The translations under genes and the position numbers were made by a program. This document shows, piece by piece, positions 47,055-56,619 of a stretch of DNA of 64,000 nucleotides (within the stretch, counting starts at the first letter, position 1; the number at the start of each line of letters is the position of its first letter). The stretch comes from a virus. Its lineage: Duplodnaviria; Caudoviricetes. Location of the stretch: the IMG/VR virus record IMGVR_UViG_3300028738_000008, one strand, 5' to 3'. The notes below the pieces were generated by a model that was not told where the DNA came from, did no database searches, and saw only the letters and a list, made by a program, of their open reading frames with translations.

Positions 47055-47084
47055 ATTCGAGTAATTTTATATAAATACTCGAAT
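47055..47084 (-). promoter_or_regulatory. late promoter embedded in a hairpin between polB and the late operon
   Basis: attcgagta (47055-47063) / tactcgaat (47076-47084); tataaatac at 47070-47078; ATG at 47050. Confidence 0.65.
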
Positions 47085-47099
47085 CAAAATAATAATTCA

Positions 47100-50000
47100 T
47101 CAAATTGAGTCAACATCAATAGCATCTGGATCATCTGGCTGATTGGCTGTTTCAAGACCAGTGATATAGCCGTCTAGCATATCCAAAGATTCTTCGCCAA
47201 ATTTTGCTACAAATGCATCCAAATCCATTTTTGCATCAATATTAAATTCCTTTTTAAACTTTTTAAAATATCGAGTCCTTTTATTCAGTTTATTTTCGAG
47301 AAATACCTCTTTATCAGTCTTTTCCTTCGAAGCCACCTTGAGATTTTCAAGTTTATTTTCGATTGCTTTGCGCTTTTCTTCTATCAGTAATTCAGTCTCG
47401 GTTTTAGGTATATCCTTAACCTCTTTGATAATTTTTATATATGTGCCATTAAAATGACCGACTAAATATTTGAGACTGTTTTTTATCAGAATGATATCGC
47501 CCTTTTCATGTTTCTCATTAATCGATTTGATTAACGGTAAATTTGAGGCGATCATTTTATCATTAAGATATTTTAATGCACTCTCATAGACTTCAAAATA
47601 AACCTGATTCTCAGGGGTCATGATGAATCCATCCCATATTAATCGAGGGTCATAGCCTGTTTTATTCCAGAAGATTGCTTCACGATCTTCAAGCTGTAAA
47701 GCTTCTTGAACACTATCCAAATCATATGAGCCTAAAGTCAATTGCTCGTCAGTGAAAACATTTCTACTCAATTCAGTTACGACAACATTTTCGCCAAAAC
47801 TGTTTTTCATTTTTTTAGTCACTATTTTCGATAAAATTTGACCAACGATCTCAGGATTGAATCCAGCAAACAGTATTTCAGCTCTTTTATTGAAAGCAGC
47901 AAGGTATTTCTGAACATTATAAGAACCTGTCATATCTGGATTTAAAGCCAAATCTTTAGCATTGATCAACTTAGAGTATAGTTTGCCTGTAACTTTATCC
48001 CTTCCAGAACTGCTATCAGCGGCTTTCAAACCTGTATTAATTTGATAAACAACGCTATCAATTTCAGGTTCTGGCGGCATATAATTCGAAACAAGTTTCA
48101 TCTTATCGTCGATAGTAAGACCTTCTTCCGAAGTTTCTCCCAGCAACTCTGCTTTATGTAGCTCGAATAAATCAGAGGCGATCTTTTCACGTTCTTCAAT
48201 CAAGAGTTCCATATGCGCTTGCATACCCTTCTTACCACCGTTCTTATTGCATCCACGATTAATATATTGCTCAAGTTTAACCTTGACCTTATTTTTACTA
48301 GCAATCTTCTTCAATGGTATGCGTTGATAATAAATCATATCAACGTAATCATAATAATAATTAACAAATTCAGGGCCCTTACCATGTAATACCATGTCCA
48401 TGCCTTTGTCAATAAAGTCCTCAATATATTCAGGCATTACCTTTGATTTAATGGTAACTCCAACCATTTTAATCTTTTCCTTTGTCTTACCAGTTTTCTT
48501 ATCCTTGTATTCGGACATGATAGCATAATTGTTTCTCGACAAATTTAAGCATGAAACATATTCGCCGTCATTATCAACGCTGATATGACTCACCTTGTCT
48601 CTGGCTTTAGCTGCAAGTTGTTCTTGATCGTTATATTTATCGATCAAGGCAGTGATACCAGTTTTGCCTTTGAATTTCCACGCTTCCTCAATAGGAATTT
48701 CTACCTCTGAAATATAGTCGGCAACTTCCAAATTATCACCAATAATAATATTGCTTACGTCAGGAATCTGAAAATTGATACCATCAGTGATTGCAAGCAG
48801 CGGTACGCACTTATAATCGCTAAACCATGCCATTGCATGTCTTAAGTGTAATCGTCCAGTACAAGTGATCCTAGCGGCACAAACGTTATCCGACCAATTG
48901 AATGAAACACCTGAACCCAACGCACCGAATAGTGAGTTATTAAGAATCTTGATAGGCAACTGTTTAATCTTAAACATGGCTCTATCATGTTCAGTTAGTG
49001 TACCGTCGATGAACTTTTTATAGGTATCATGGTCAAGTTCACTCAGTAACATAATTTCTTCCTGATTAATTTCGTCGCTATTAGCCAATTTTTTATAAAT
49101 ATTTCTGGTTGTTGTCATATAGAACAACATTTTTTTAATAACGCCAGTAATGTCAAAAATTGGGAATATATCATCTGTCAACTGAATCATCGGGTACAAT
49201 GAAGCGTAGTCAATCTTAACCCATCTTTTTGTAAAGCCTGTTTTAAAACATCTTGATAAACCGCCAGAGAAGCCGTCTTTCTTTTCAGAATACGGAATCG
49301 CCACGCCATTATCATTACTCCATGCAGTTAGCAATAGATTCCAAATAGAAGCTGTTCCCATCGTACAAACACGTTGATATGTGGTTGGCACGATCTTGGC
49401 AAGCATGAACGACGATTGATTATACAATTCATCGACTTGCTCCGTTTCCCATAAGTCATCAAGAAGATACTGCTTAATCAAATTTTTACCATTGATTAGC
49501 TTAAGCATCTTATTAGGAATTGCAGTTGCTCTAAACCACTCAACAAAGGCTTTGTTCTCAACGAACAGTTTTTTCTTTGTTTCATTGTATTGTGTTTCAG
49601 AAAACTGATCCTTATATGCCTGTAATTTATACAGATTCTTTGCAACGTCCTGAAATTCGTCTGGAACTACTTCATATTCGTTTGTTTCGCCAATGATAAA
49701 TATTTTGTTCTGAAAGTAAAAATTCGAGATATTGTTACCCTCGCCTTCAACATAAGTTCTATTCGCTTTGGCGATACCCTCATGTTTTGCGATGTATTTC
49801 AATTTGGTATTCTTTATTTCGGTATTCACAGCGGCAGTTCTTTTTGCTGCATGCATAATATCTATTATGGAGAATCCCCACATTTCCGTAGCTGTAAATC
49901 TGTCAGACGTGTTACCGTATTTAACAGAAACATTTGGTCTTCTTCTGATCGGAACGTTTCTTCTATCAACAGACGTTGGAATCGCCGCTAAATCCATATT

Positions 50001-50798
50001 CAATATCTCTGCTCTACCGATAATAAAGTCAAAGTCAAATTGTTCTGAGTTATATCCGCAAATAATCGCTGGATTCAAATGTACCAACAAGTTAAAGAAA
50101 TCCTGTAAAACCCTTCTCTCGGATTCATCGTCATCTTCCAGTTTCACTTCAAGAATAATCTCAAAGCCTCTGTTGTCCCTGACGCCAATTGCAAAAACCC
50201 TTTTCAACTGATATTTCAAACCAGTTGTCTCAATATCGAATACGACCTTATGAACATTTTTGTATTCCTCAAATCCCTTGAAAAGCCTTGATTTTGTTGA
50301 CATAAAAAATTGCTCAGTCGTCCTAGGCGAATAGAATAGATCACGATATAAGAAAGTAGGCTCACCTCTTTCGTCTTTAACGATCTTGCCATGAGCGTCT
50401 TTAAGTTTTTCGTACGGATTAATGTTGCCTTCTTTCAGAAAGTTAACAATATGATTATACGATTTGGAACTGGAAATCTTATAACAATAACCGTCGATAA
50501 GCCTTTTCTGATTACCAGTTTCAAGCTTTTTCATTGTTATGCCATATTGTGCCATTTTGTTTTCAAGCAAATCTGGTATCTGATCGAACAGATGAATACC
50601 GTTCTGTTTTAAGTCTTTACAGAACATGAAAGGTTCATAATGAATCTTAACTACCTTTGGGGCAGTATCTGGCTCATGTATTACACATTCAGCATAGTTA
50701 AAATTAGGATTGGTCTCGACATTGACCAAATATTTAATGTCTTGATTATAGCCTTCAAGAAAGCCTTTTATCTCATTTAAGACAGCCGCTTTATCCAT
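47100..50798 (-). CDS. polB: family B DNA polymerase with 3'-5' exonuclease
   Basis: ExoI FDIETTG, ExoII GYNSEQFDF, ExoIII YLLDD; motif A DYASLYP, motif B KILNNSLFG, motif C variant AITDG. Confidence 0.92.
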   Translation of the reverse strand: MDKAAVLNEIKGFLEGYNQDIKYLVNVETNPNFNYAECVIHEPDTAPKVVKIHYEPFMFCKDLKQNGIHLFDQIPDLLENKMAQYGITMKKLETGNQKRLIDGYCYKISSSKSYNHIVNFLKEGNINPYEKLKDAHGKIVKDERGEPTFLYRDLFYSPRTTEQFFMSTKSRLFKGFEEYKNVHKVVFDIETTGLKYQLKRVFAIGVRDNRGFEIILEVKLEDDDESERRVLQDFFNLLVHLNPAIICGYNSEQFDFDFIIGRAEILNMDLAAIPTSVDRRNVPIRRRPNVSVKYGNTSDRFTATEMWGFSIIDIMHAAKRTAAVNTEIKNTKLKYIAKHEGIAKANRTYVEGEGNNISNFYFQNKIFIIGETNEYEVVPDEFQDVAKNLYKLQAYKDQFSETQYNETKKKLFVENKAFVEWFRATAIPNKMLKLINGKNLIKQYLLDDLWETEQVDELYNQSSFMLAKIVPTTYQRVCTMGTASIWNLLLTAWSNDNGVAIPYSEKKDGFSGGLSRCFKTGFTKRWVKIDYASLYPMIQLTDDIFPIFDITGVIKKMLFYMTTTRNIYKKLANSDEINQEEIMLLSELDHDTYKKFIDGTLTEHDRAMFKIKQLPIKILNNSLFGALGSGVSFNWSDNVCAARITCTGRLHLRHAMAWFSDYKCVPLLAITDGINFQIPDVSNIIIGDNLEVADYISEVEIPIEEAWKFKGKTGITALIDKYNDQEQLAAKARDKVSHISVDNDGEYVSCLNLSRNNYAIMSEYKDKKTGKTKEKIKMVGVTIKSKVMPEYIEDFIDKGMDMVLHGKGPEFVNYYYDYVDMIYYQRIPLKKIASKNKVKVKLEQYINRGCNKNGGKKGMQAHMELLIEEREKIASDLFELHKAELLGETSEEGLTIDDKMKLVSNYMPPEPEIDSVVYQINTGLKAADSSSGRDKVTGKLYSKLINAKDLALNPDMTGSYNVQKYLAAFNKRAEILFAGFNPEIVGQILSKIVTKKMKNSFGENVVVTELSRNVFTDEQLTLGSYDLDSVQEALQLEDREAIFWNKTGYDPRLIWDGFIMTPENQVYFEVYESALKYLNDKMIASNLPLIKSINEKHEKGDIILIKNSLKYLVGHFNGTYIKIIKEVKDIPKTETELLIEEKRKAIENKLENLKVASKEKTDKEVFLENKLNKRTRYFKKFKKEFNIDAKMDLDAFVAKFGEESLDMLDGYITGLETANQPDDPDAIDVDSI

Positions 50799-50848
50799 TT
50801 ATATTATTTAATTTATTGGTTACTAATTAATTCGAAGTACATTTGCAA

Positions 50849-51817
50849 TCATAATTCGTCGTCGCCTTCGTCACTCACAATAGATGAATGAGATTTTGTT
50901 ATCATCACGCTAAATGGCTTAACTGACTCAACTGAATTCCATTTACCTATTGATGGTGCTTTAAACTTATCGAATGAAATAATATCGTCACACTTGCTTT
51001 TTTCAGGTTTATTAAATTCCTCAAATGGAATTTCCAACTGTGTACCATCATAAGATTCCCTGTATTTACGATACTCATAAGCATTCTTATTAACGATCTT
51101 ATTACCATCACGGTCAGTCATTGAATAGCCTCTGCTGAACATTGCTTCAAGTTGTTTATCAGCTATTTTATCCTGATAAACTTTTGGTAAGTCCATTCCA
51201 AAATACTCTGTTGTTATGATAGTTTTACATGGTACACATTCGCAACAAGGTGTATATCCCAAAATTCCATCATGTTCACAGTCATCCAGCCTAGGATTTT
51301 CGCAAGATACAACTAAATCACGATATTTGGAAGGTAATTTATCAGCCATTTGATATTTTTTCATCTTTATAATCGGAAACTTCAATGGTACAAGCGATTC
51401 GCATATTGCTCCATATGACTTATAAATGTTTTTAATATCCTTAAGGTATGAAATCGCATCGTCGTTTGACACATATCCCACCTGAATTTCCTCGACTCCA
51501 CGAATACCTTGGCTAAATATCATTGCCATAATCCAAATAGGAACTTGCTTAAAATATAGGCTTCCCTCATTGGCGTCAACATGTGCCGTTAAAACATACT
51601 CAATGTGATTTAACTTGGAAGGGTAATCCTTGTTAAATTCGTTCGAGAATAATTTATACAGCAACTCAATACGGTTCTTTTCCAGCTGTGCCTTATGCCT
51701 GTTATTCTCAATTGTCACATAAATCGGCGTAACGGTATTACCGTCCATAAGATTTTTCCATACAAGATAAGTAGAATCAAGTCCACCTGAAAACAAAATA
51801 GCAACATTCTTACTCAT
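50849..51817 (-). CDS. queC: QueC-like PP-loop ATPase (7-cyano-7-deazaguanine synthase family)
   Basis: ILFSGGLDST PP-loop; C-terminal SCENP...PCCECVPC zinc cluster. Confidence 0.75.
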   Translation of the reverse strand: MSKNVAILFSGGLDSTYLVWKNLMDGNTVTPIYVTIENNRHKAQLEKNRIELLYKLFSNEFNKDYPSKLNHIEYVLTAHVDANEGSLYFKQVPIWIMAMIFSQGIRGVEEIQVGYVSNDDAISYLKDIKNIYKSYGAICESLVPLKFPIIKMKKYQMADKLPSKYRDLVVSCENPRLDDCEHDGILGYTPCCECVPCKTIITTEYFGMDLPKVYQDKIADKQLEAMFSRGYSMTDRDGNKIVNKNAYEYRKYRESYDGTQLEIPFEEFNKPEKSKCDDIISFDKFKAPSIGKWNSVESVKPFSVMITKSHSSIVSDEGDDEL

Positions 51818-51823
51818 TGGTTA

Positions 51824-53614
51824 TTATTTATATTTGTTTTTAATCCTATTGATAACATCTGATATAACTGCTTCCGACGTTGTTGATACGTAATCCTCAT
51901 TATCCATTACCTTTGTAATCTCTCTACGCTTACCTTCAATCGCATCGTAAACATATTCGTCAATACTGTCCTTAACAATCGTCGGGTAGATGTTTACAGC
52001 ATCTTTCTGTCCGATTCGGTGGCATCTGTCAGCAACCTGATCATATTCTCCAACAGAATATGGTAATGTCATAATAATCATTTTGCTTGCCGCAGTTAAC
52101 GTAAGTCCGTAGTTTGCAGTTTGTATTGAAGCCAAAAATATCTTAATCTCGCTATTAGGGTCTTGAAAAGTCTTTACCAACTCTGCCCTTTCCTCTACTG
52201 ACTGATCGCCTGTATGAAGGGCTGCAATATTACCAAAAATTTTCTTAAATTCATACAAACTTTCTTTAAAATTGTCAACAATAATTACCTTTTCACCTGT
52301 TTCAAGTATATTCTCGATGATCTCAACAACAGATTCAATCTTAAATTTGGCGGTTAATTGCCTAAGCCTAAGCATTGTTGTTAATGCATTTTGTGCCAGT
52401 CCAGAAAACAAATCGTTAGCAACATTTTTCTCAACATCGTCATATATCTTCTGATCAGCATCACTCAATTCGAATATAATTTTCTGATATGTCTTATCAG
52501 GAAGATCAGTTAAAACCTCAGCCTTTCTTTTTCTGTGCGTGTATGGCGATATTTTGAAGTAAAGTTCTTCAAGCCTTTTCTCGCCATCTTCGTCAACCTT
52601 CCAACCGAATCCGTCTATCTCGTAAACCATGCCACAATAATACTCGTAAAAGTATTTTTTGGTTGCAAAGTCTAAAGGAGATATCTGATTAAGCACTGAA
52701 TATAATTCGAATGCTCTATTAGGTGCTGGCGTTCCTGATAAATATATTTTACTAGGCTTACCGTCGATAAAAATATCTTCGTTAAATAGCTTTTTATAAT
52801 TCTTATAAGTATTTGAGTCAGTATTCTTTAACTTTTGACATTCGTCACATATAACAGCGTTTATGTTTCCAACCTTAAGTTTTTCCCATTTTTTCGCCAT
52901 TTTTGCCTTGTCGCTGGGATTGAAATAATCGTAATTAACGATAATGTATTTAGCCTCGGCAATTGTACATGTATTCTTTTTCCAATTGATAATATATGCC
53001 TTACTGTTGGTGAACGTCGAAACCTCATTATAATAATTGAATTTTAATGAGTTTGGCGTCACCACGATAACTTTTTTGAAGTTATTCATTTCAACATAAA
53101 GAATTGAACTCAACGTTTTTCCTAAACCCATTTCATGCGAAATTAATGCACTTCTGGTTTCATTCATAAACATTGCTGCGATTATCTGGTGAGGATATAG
53201 TTTGATAGGAATCTTTATCAACGCATGAAGGCGTTGAGAGTAATCGATATACGTTGTTTCGAGTTCGAGTTTATATTTGTCCCATTTTAGCTTTTTCTCA
53301 TTAAGTTCTTTGAGTAAATTTACCTTATCGGTTTCAGCTTTCTCATGTTTTTTAAAAAGATCGACAAAAAGCTTTCGACTATCAATAGTGCCAAAGTCAA
53401 AGTGTATGTACTCAGAGCCTTTAAAACTTTTGATAAGTTCTATTAAGCCTGATACACTCACTTCCCAACATATTTTTGAGGCATTCCATTTTCTATTGGT
53501 CTGATCTAATGATTTGATCTTATCCTTTAGCTCCTCATTATATATGAATTTTGTGTAGTACCACGCTCTACGTGGAATTCTCTCACAGAATACTATTAGT
53601 TTAAAATCACTCAT
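51824..53614 (-). CDS. SNF2-family helicase (SMARCAL1/HARP-like)
   Basis: HEMGLGKT, ICDECQ, LSGTP, LLRLRQ, QVADRCHRIGQ; N-terminal RKWN...WEV HARP-like segment. Confidence 0.88.
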   Translation of the reverse strand: MSDFKLIVFCERIPRRAWYYTKFIYNEELKDKIKSLDQTNRKWNASKICWEVSVSGLIELIKSFKGSEYIHFDFGTIDSRKLFVDLFKKHEKAETDKVNLLKELNEKKLKWDKYKLELETTYIDYSQRLHALIKIPIKLYPHQIIAAMFMNETRSALISHEMGLGKTLSSILYVEMNNFKKVIVVTPNSLKFNYYNEVSTFTNSKAYIINWKKNTCTIAEAKYIIVNYDYFNPSDKAKMAKKWEKLKVGNINAVICDECQKLKNTDSNTYKNYKKLFNEDIFIDGKPSKIYLSGTPAPNRAFELYSVLNQISPLDFATKKYFYEYYCGMVYEIDGFGWKVDEDGEKRLEELYFKISPYTHRKRKAEVLTDLPDKTYQKIIFELSDADQKIYDDVEKNVANDLFSGLAQNALTTMLRLRQLTAKFKIESVVEIIENILETGEKVIIVDNFKESLYEFKKIFGNIAALHTGDQSVEERAELVKTFQDPNSEIKIFLASIQTANYGLTLTAASKMIIMTLPYSVGEYDQVADRCHRIGQKDAVNIYPTIVKDSIDEYVYDAIEGKRREITKVMDNEDYVSTTSEAVISDVINRIKNKYK

Positions 53615-53648
53615 TATTGTATAGAAATGTAAAGTACAAAGAAACGAA

Positions 53649-53683
53649 AAAAAAACGTAAGCTGCAAGAGTTTACGTTTTTTT
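53649..53683 (-). terminator. possible intrinsic terminator
   Basis: aaaaaaacgtaa / ttacgttttttt; weak stem. Confidence 0.4.
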
Positions 53684-53705
53684 AGTTCGATTTAATTCGA
53701 TATAC

Positions 53706-54095
53706 TTAATAAAGTGATGTTTTTGTTAAAGAATCAAAAACAGTCATATCAATGTATCCGCTATTGGGAATGCTAATCTTCATCGGAAAATTTACATTAA
53801 GAAAATCCAGCTTGAATTCGCCATAATAGTTGCCGACAACAGCTGTATCGCCCAATTTAAATTCATACTCGATTGAGTACTTTGGAACAGCTAAATAATC
53901 ATTGTCATTTCGATATTTGATCTGACCACTCACATTAGCAATGTGATATTCTTCCGTATCCACATTATACATGGAAAATGTTACAGCTGCATCATTCATA
54001 TCTTCGTCAGCCAAGCCGTATTTGTCCAAGAACTCTTGATCCAATGAATACTTTAGTGTTGGCAAAGTACTGTCCTTCTTTATATAAAAATTCAT
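53706..54095 (-). CDS. BppU N-terminal-like / Ig-like putative structural protein
   Basis: FYIKKDSTLP.L...AAVTFSM...DTAVVGNYYGEFKLDF; own late motif. Confidence 0.5.
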   Translation of the reverse strand: MNFYIKKDSTLPTLKYSLDQEFLDKYGLADEDMNDAAVTFSMYNVDTEEYHIANVSGQIKYRNDNDYLAVPKYSIEYEFKLGDTAVVGNYYGEFKLDFLNVNFPMKISIPNSGYIDMTVFDSLTKTSLY

Positions 54096-54111
54096 ATTAA
54101 ATTATCTTTTA

Positions 54112-54120
54112 TATAAATAC
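54112..54120 (-). promoter_or_regulatory. putative late promoter
   Basis: GTATTTATA(TAAAA), 16 nt before ATG 54095. Confidence 0.6.
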
Positions 54121-54124
54121 GTCG

Positions 54125-55900
54125 CTATACGTTTGTAGGATCAATATTTTTTACGATATTTTGCCTTTCTCTATCAGCCATTAACAAACTGATCATGTCC
54201 TTATTATTGCTATTAGTATCTGGGTCACCAAGACTGTCAAAATCAATTGTTTGACAAATATTTGCATGAATTTCATTTACTATAGACCTATCGATAGGCT
54301 CATTATCAGTCGATTCAGGATTAACATAAACTATATCTGGCGTAACTTTATCAAGTTCAGCAAATTCGTCTGGAATAACAGGTTCTAAGACAGGTGCTAT
54401 GTCTTCAACAACTTTCTCCAAAGCATCGACAAACTCATTATGTTCAAAGTCATTCCCTCTCTGGTTTTCGCCGTCGAATGTCGTGCCTTCCAATTTTTTA
54501 TTGAATCTCTCAATACTACTATCTGTTACTTTGAGAGATTTACTGTATTTGTACATGTAGTCCTCGTCATTAATAACAATTTGCATTTTATCATTATCAA
54601 AAATACAGTCTTTAAAAGTCTGACCATCTTTAGCAAACCTTGCCTTAATAATACGAATATTTGCCAAGTTAGCGTCTTTAGATGCTGGCGGTTTAGCTAC
54701 AGACATGAAGAAGTGAGCTTTCTGCAATCTCTTAATACTACCACCAGCCTGACTAGCTTCAACAAATTCGCTATCTAATCCAGCACGTGAACTCTGAATC
54801 GCCGACCATGCAGGTATATCTAAATCCGCAGATATAGCAAGAAAAGATTTAACAATCTGTAATTCAGCCTCTGTCCTATCTGGCGACTTTTTATTCGGTT
54901 CAAGACAGTCTAAATAGTCTAGTACGAGCAATTCGAATTTGATACCATTTTTCTTTTCATATCGTGATATGAAATTCTTCACATCATTCATTGTGGTATT
55001 TTCCTGACTCATTCGTTTTATAACGATTTTACCGTCATGTTTATCTTTTACAAAATCATAACACTTTCGCTTAACCTCGTCACTCCTATCGTCCATTTCA
55101 CTTAAAGGGATGCCAGACCAAATAGCATAATGCTTTCGCTTTATTTGCGCCTCAGTATCTTCGAAAATTATTTGTAATACCTTTTTACCCTCAGCATATC
55201 CAGTACTAGCAATTTTTGTGAGCAATGTACTTTTACCAACGCCTGACGGTGTTAATATAAGACCTATTTCGCCCTTTCCAAGTCCGCCGCCAGTCAAAGC
55301 ATCCAATACAACTACGCCTGTTGGAATTACCTCTCTAAACTCTTTGCTAAGAACACTGTCAATGTCATCCATTGCCTCAGTCCCATAATCTTCAACATCA
55401 CCGATCTCAGATATGTCTCTGATTTTGTCTTCAATATTTACTAATGCTTGCTTTTGGCGTATTTCGCCGTTCTTCGTCATGTTAATGATGAATTCACCAA
55501 GCTTTCTATACTCCTGTTGTTTTATAAAAAACGTTGTTTCTAACTGAATAGCTTCGCCATTGTGATCAATATTTCTATTAATAACCCGATCATTCCAATT
55601 AAGAATTCTTTTTACTATGGCAAAAAGTAATTCTTCTTCGATTAAATTGTTTGGTGTTTTGAATTTGTTAATAGCTAATATTATGCTATCATTTTGAAGA
55701 TTTGGTGGCTTGGCAAATTCATTGAAGTAATTAGTCATTATGATGAACAACCTTTTCATTGTAGGGTCATCAAAATACATTGCGCTTAGTCTTGGGAGAG
55801 TTCTTACGGCAAACTCAGGTTCTACGAGTAATTGCCACATTAAATGCTGCTGAAATTCAGACCCCAAGTATTTGCTCAGGGTATTTTCTACTTGTTCCAT
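54125..55900 (-). CDS. dnaB: replicative DnaB-like helicase with acidic C-terminal extension
   Basis: GGGLGKGE, Walker A PSGVGKST, Walker B LLVLDYLD, WSAIQSSR, KARF. Confidence 0.9.
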   Translation of the reverse strand: MEQVENTLSKYLGSEFQQHLMWQLLVEPEFAVRTLPRLSAMYFDDPTMKRLFIIMTNYFNEFAKPPNLQNDSIILAINKFKTPNNLIEEELLFAIVKRILNWNDRVINRNIDHNGEAIQLETTFFIKQQEYRKLGEFIINMTKNGEIRQKQALVNIEDKIRDISEIGDVEDYGTEAMDDIDSVLSKEFREVIPTGVVVLDALTGGGLGKGEIGLILTPSGVGKSTLLTKIASTGYAEGKKVLQIIFEDTEAQIKRKHYAIWSGIPLSEMDDRSDEVKRKCYDFVKDKHDGKIVIKRMSQENTTMNDVKNFISRYEKKNGIKFELLVLDYLDCLEPNKKSPDRTEAELQIVKSFLAISADLDIPAWSAIQSSRAGLDSEFVEASQAGGSIKRLQKAHFFMSVAKPPASKDANLANIRIIKARFAKDGQTFKDCIFDNDKMQIVINDEDYMYKYSKSLKVTDSSIERFNKKLEGTTFDGENQRGNDFEHNEFVDALEKVVEDIAPVLEPVIPDEFAELDKVTPDIVYVNPESTDNEPIDRSIVNEIHANICQTIDFDSLGDPDTNSNNKDMISLLMADRERQNIVKNIDPTNV

Positions 55901-55936
55901 TATAAATTTTTGTGAAAGTTAGAAATAAAAGGTAAC

Positions 55937-55976
55937 AATTCTAGCAACTGTTATTTTATAAACAATTGCTAGAATT
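55937..55976. terminator. stem-loop between the 183-aa gene and dnaB
   Basis: aattctagcaactgtt / aacaattgctagaatt: 16 bp with one mismatch. Confidence 0.55.
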
Positions 55977-55995
55977 ATCATAATATAACTTTCGA

Positions 55996-56547
55996 TTAAT
56001 TAACAGCAGCGTATGACTGCGACTCAAAACTTTTCGAAATGAACTCCAAATCGCATCGTTTAATGTGATTATAAATTTCATTTGTCACTGATTTTACAGC
56101 GTCAACAACATCTACAGAATATCTGCAAGTCGGGTTGAAACCATTCACGTAGAATGTTCTTTCAACAATGGTTTTTCCATTGACATAAAAACCTATTGAA
56201 CATGGAACGCCTTTTATAACTTTGTCCTCAATCTGATAAGACACAATTGAAGGGTCATAAATAAGGTCATTACGAATGTCGTCCTCATACGAGTCGATTA
56301 TGTCATTAGCATAATTAAACAGTTCATAATGTTTTTCCTCACCCACATATGCAAATGTTTCATAATACCTTTTGGATAAGGTCTTTTGAAACATACCAAT
56401 CGCCTTGGGTAGAATATGACGAATGTTAATAGGATACCTAACTTCTGGGCTAAAATCCGATGAATCTATCATCTTTTCACAAAGCAGAACATCGCCCTGA
56501 TGAAGCGAGAATTTGAAGATTTTACCAAACTCGTTATCGTTACTCAT
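55996..56547 (-). CDS. hypothetical protein in the replication cluster
   Basis: 183 aa, between the 5'-3' exonuclease and dnaB. Confidence 0.6.
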   Translation of the reverse strand: MSNDNEFGKIFKFSLHQGDVLLCEKMIDSSDFSPEVRYPINIRHILPKAIGMFQKTLSKRYYETFAYVGEEKHYELFNYANDIIDSYEDDIRNDLIYDPSIVSYQIEDKVIKGVPCSIGFYVNGKTIVERTFYVNGFNPTCRYSVDVVDAVKSVTNEIYNHIKRCDLEFISKSFESQSYAAVN

Positions 56548-56576
56548 TTTTTCTTATGTTTAAAATTATTACACTG

Positions 56577-56607
56577 CAAAACTACATATTTTTTTCTGAT
56601 AATGAAA
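56577..56607 (-). promoter_or_regulatory. Bacteroidota-type promoter (weak -33)
   Basis: TTTC-N19-TAGTTTTG. Confidence 0.45.
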
Positions 56608-56619
56608 GCCTTTTTAGAT

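Noticed and set aside
18865-54127. Stop-codon reassignment (TAG or TGA read-through) as in some gut jumbo phages
   Set aside because: Conserved genes are full-length under code 11. TAG ends genes at 18865 and 54125 with another stop within about 10 codons and no in-frame fusion; TGA is used in ATGA overlaps (720-723, 3611-3614).
50821-55934. Degenerate host-type promoters before polB (GTACTTCG), the SNF2 gene (GTACTTTA) and dnaB (TACCTTTT)
   Set aside because: They mismatch the -7 consensus and have no correctly spaced -33 element; too weak to call.
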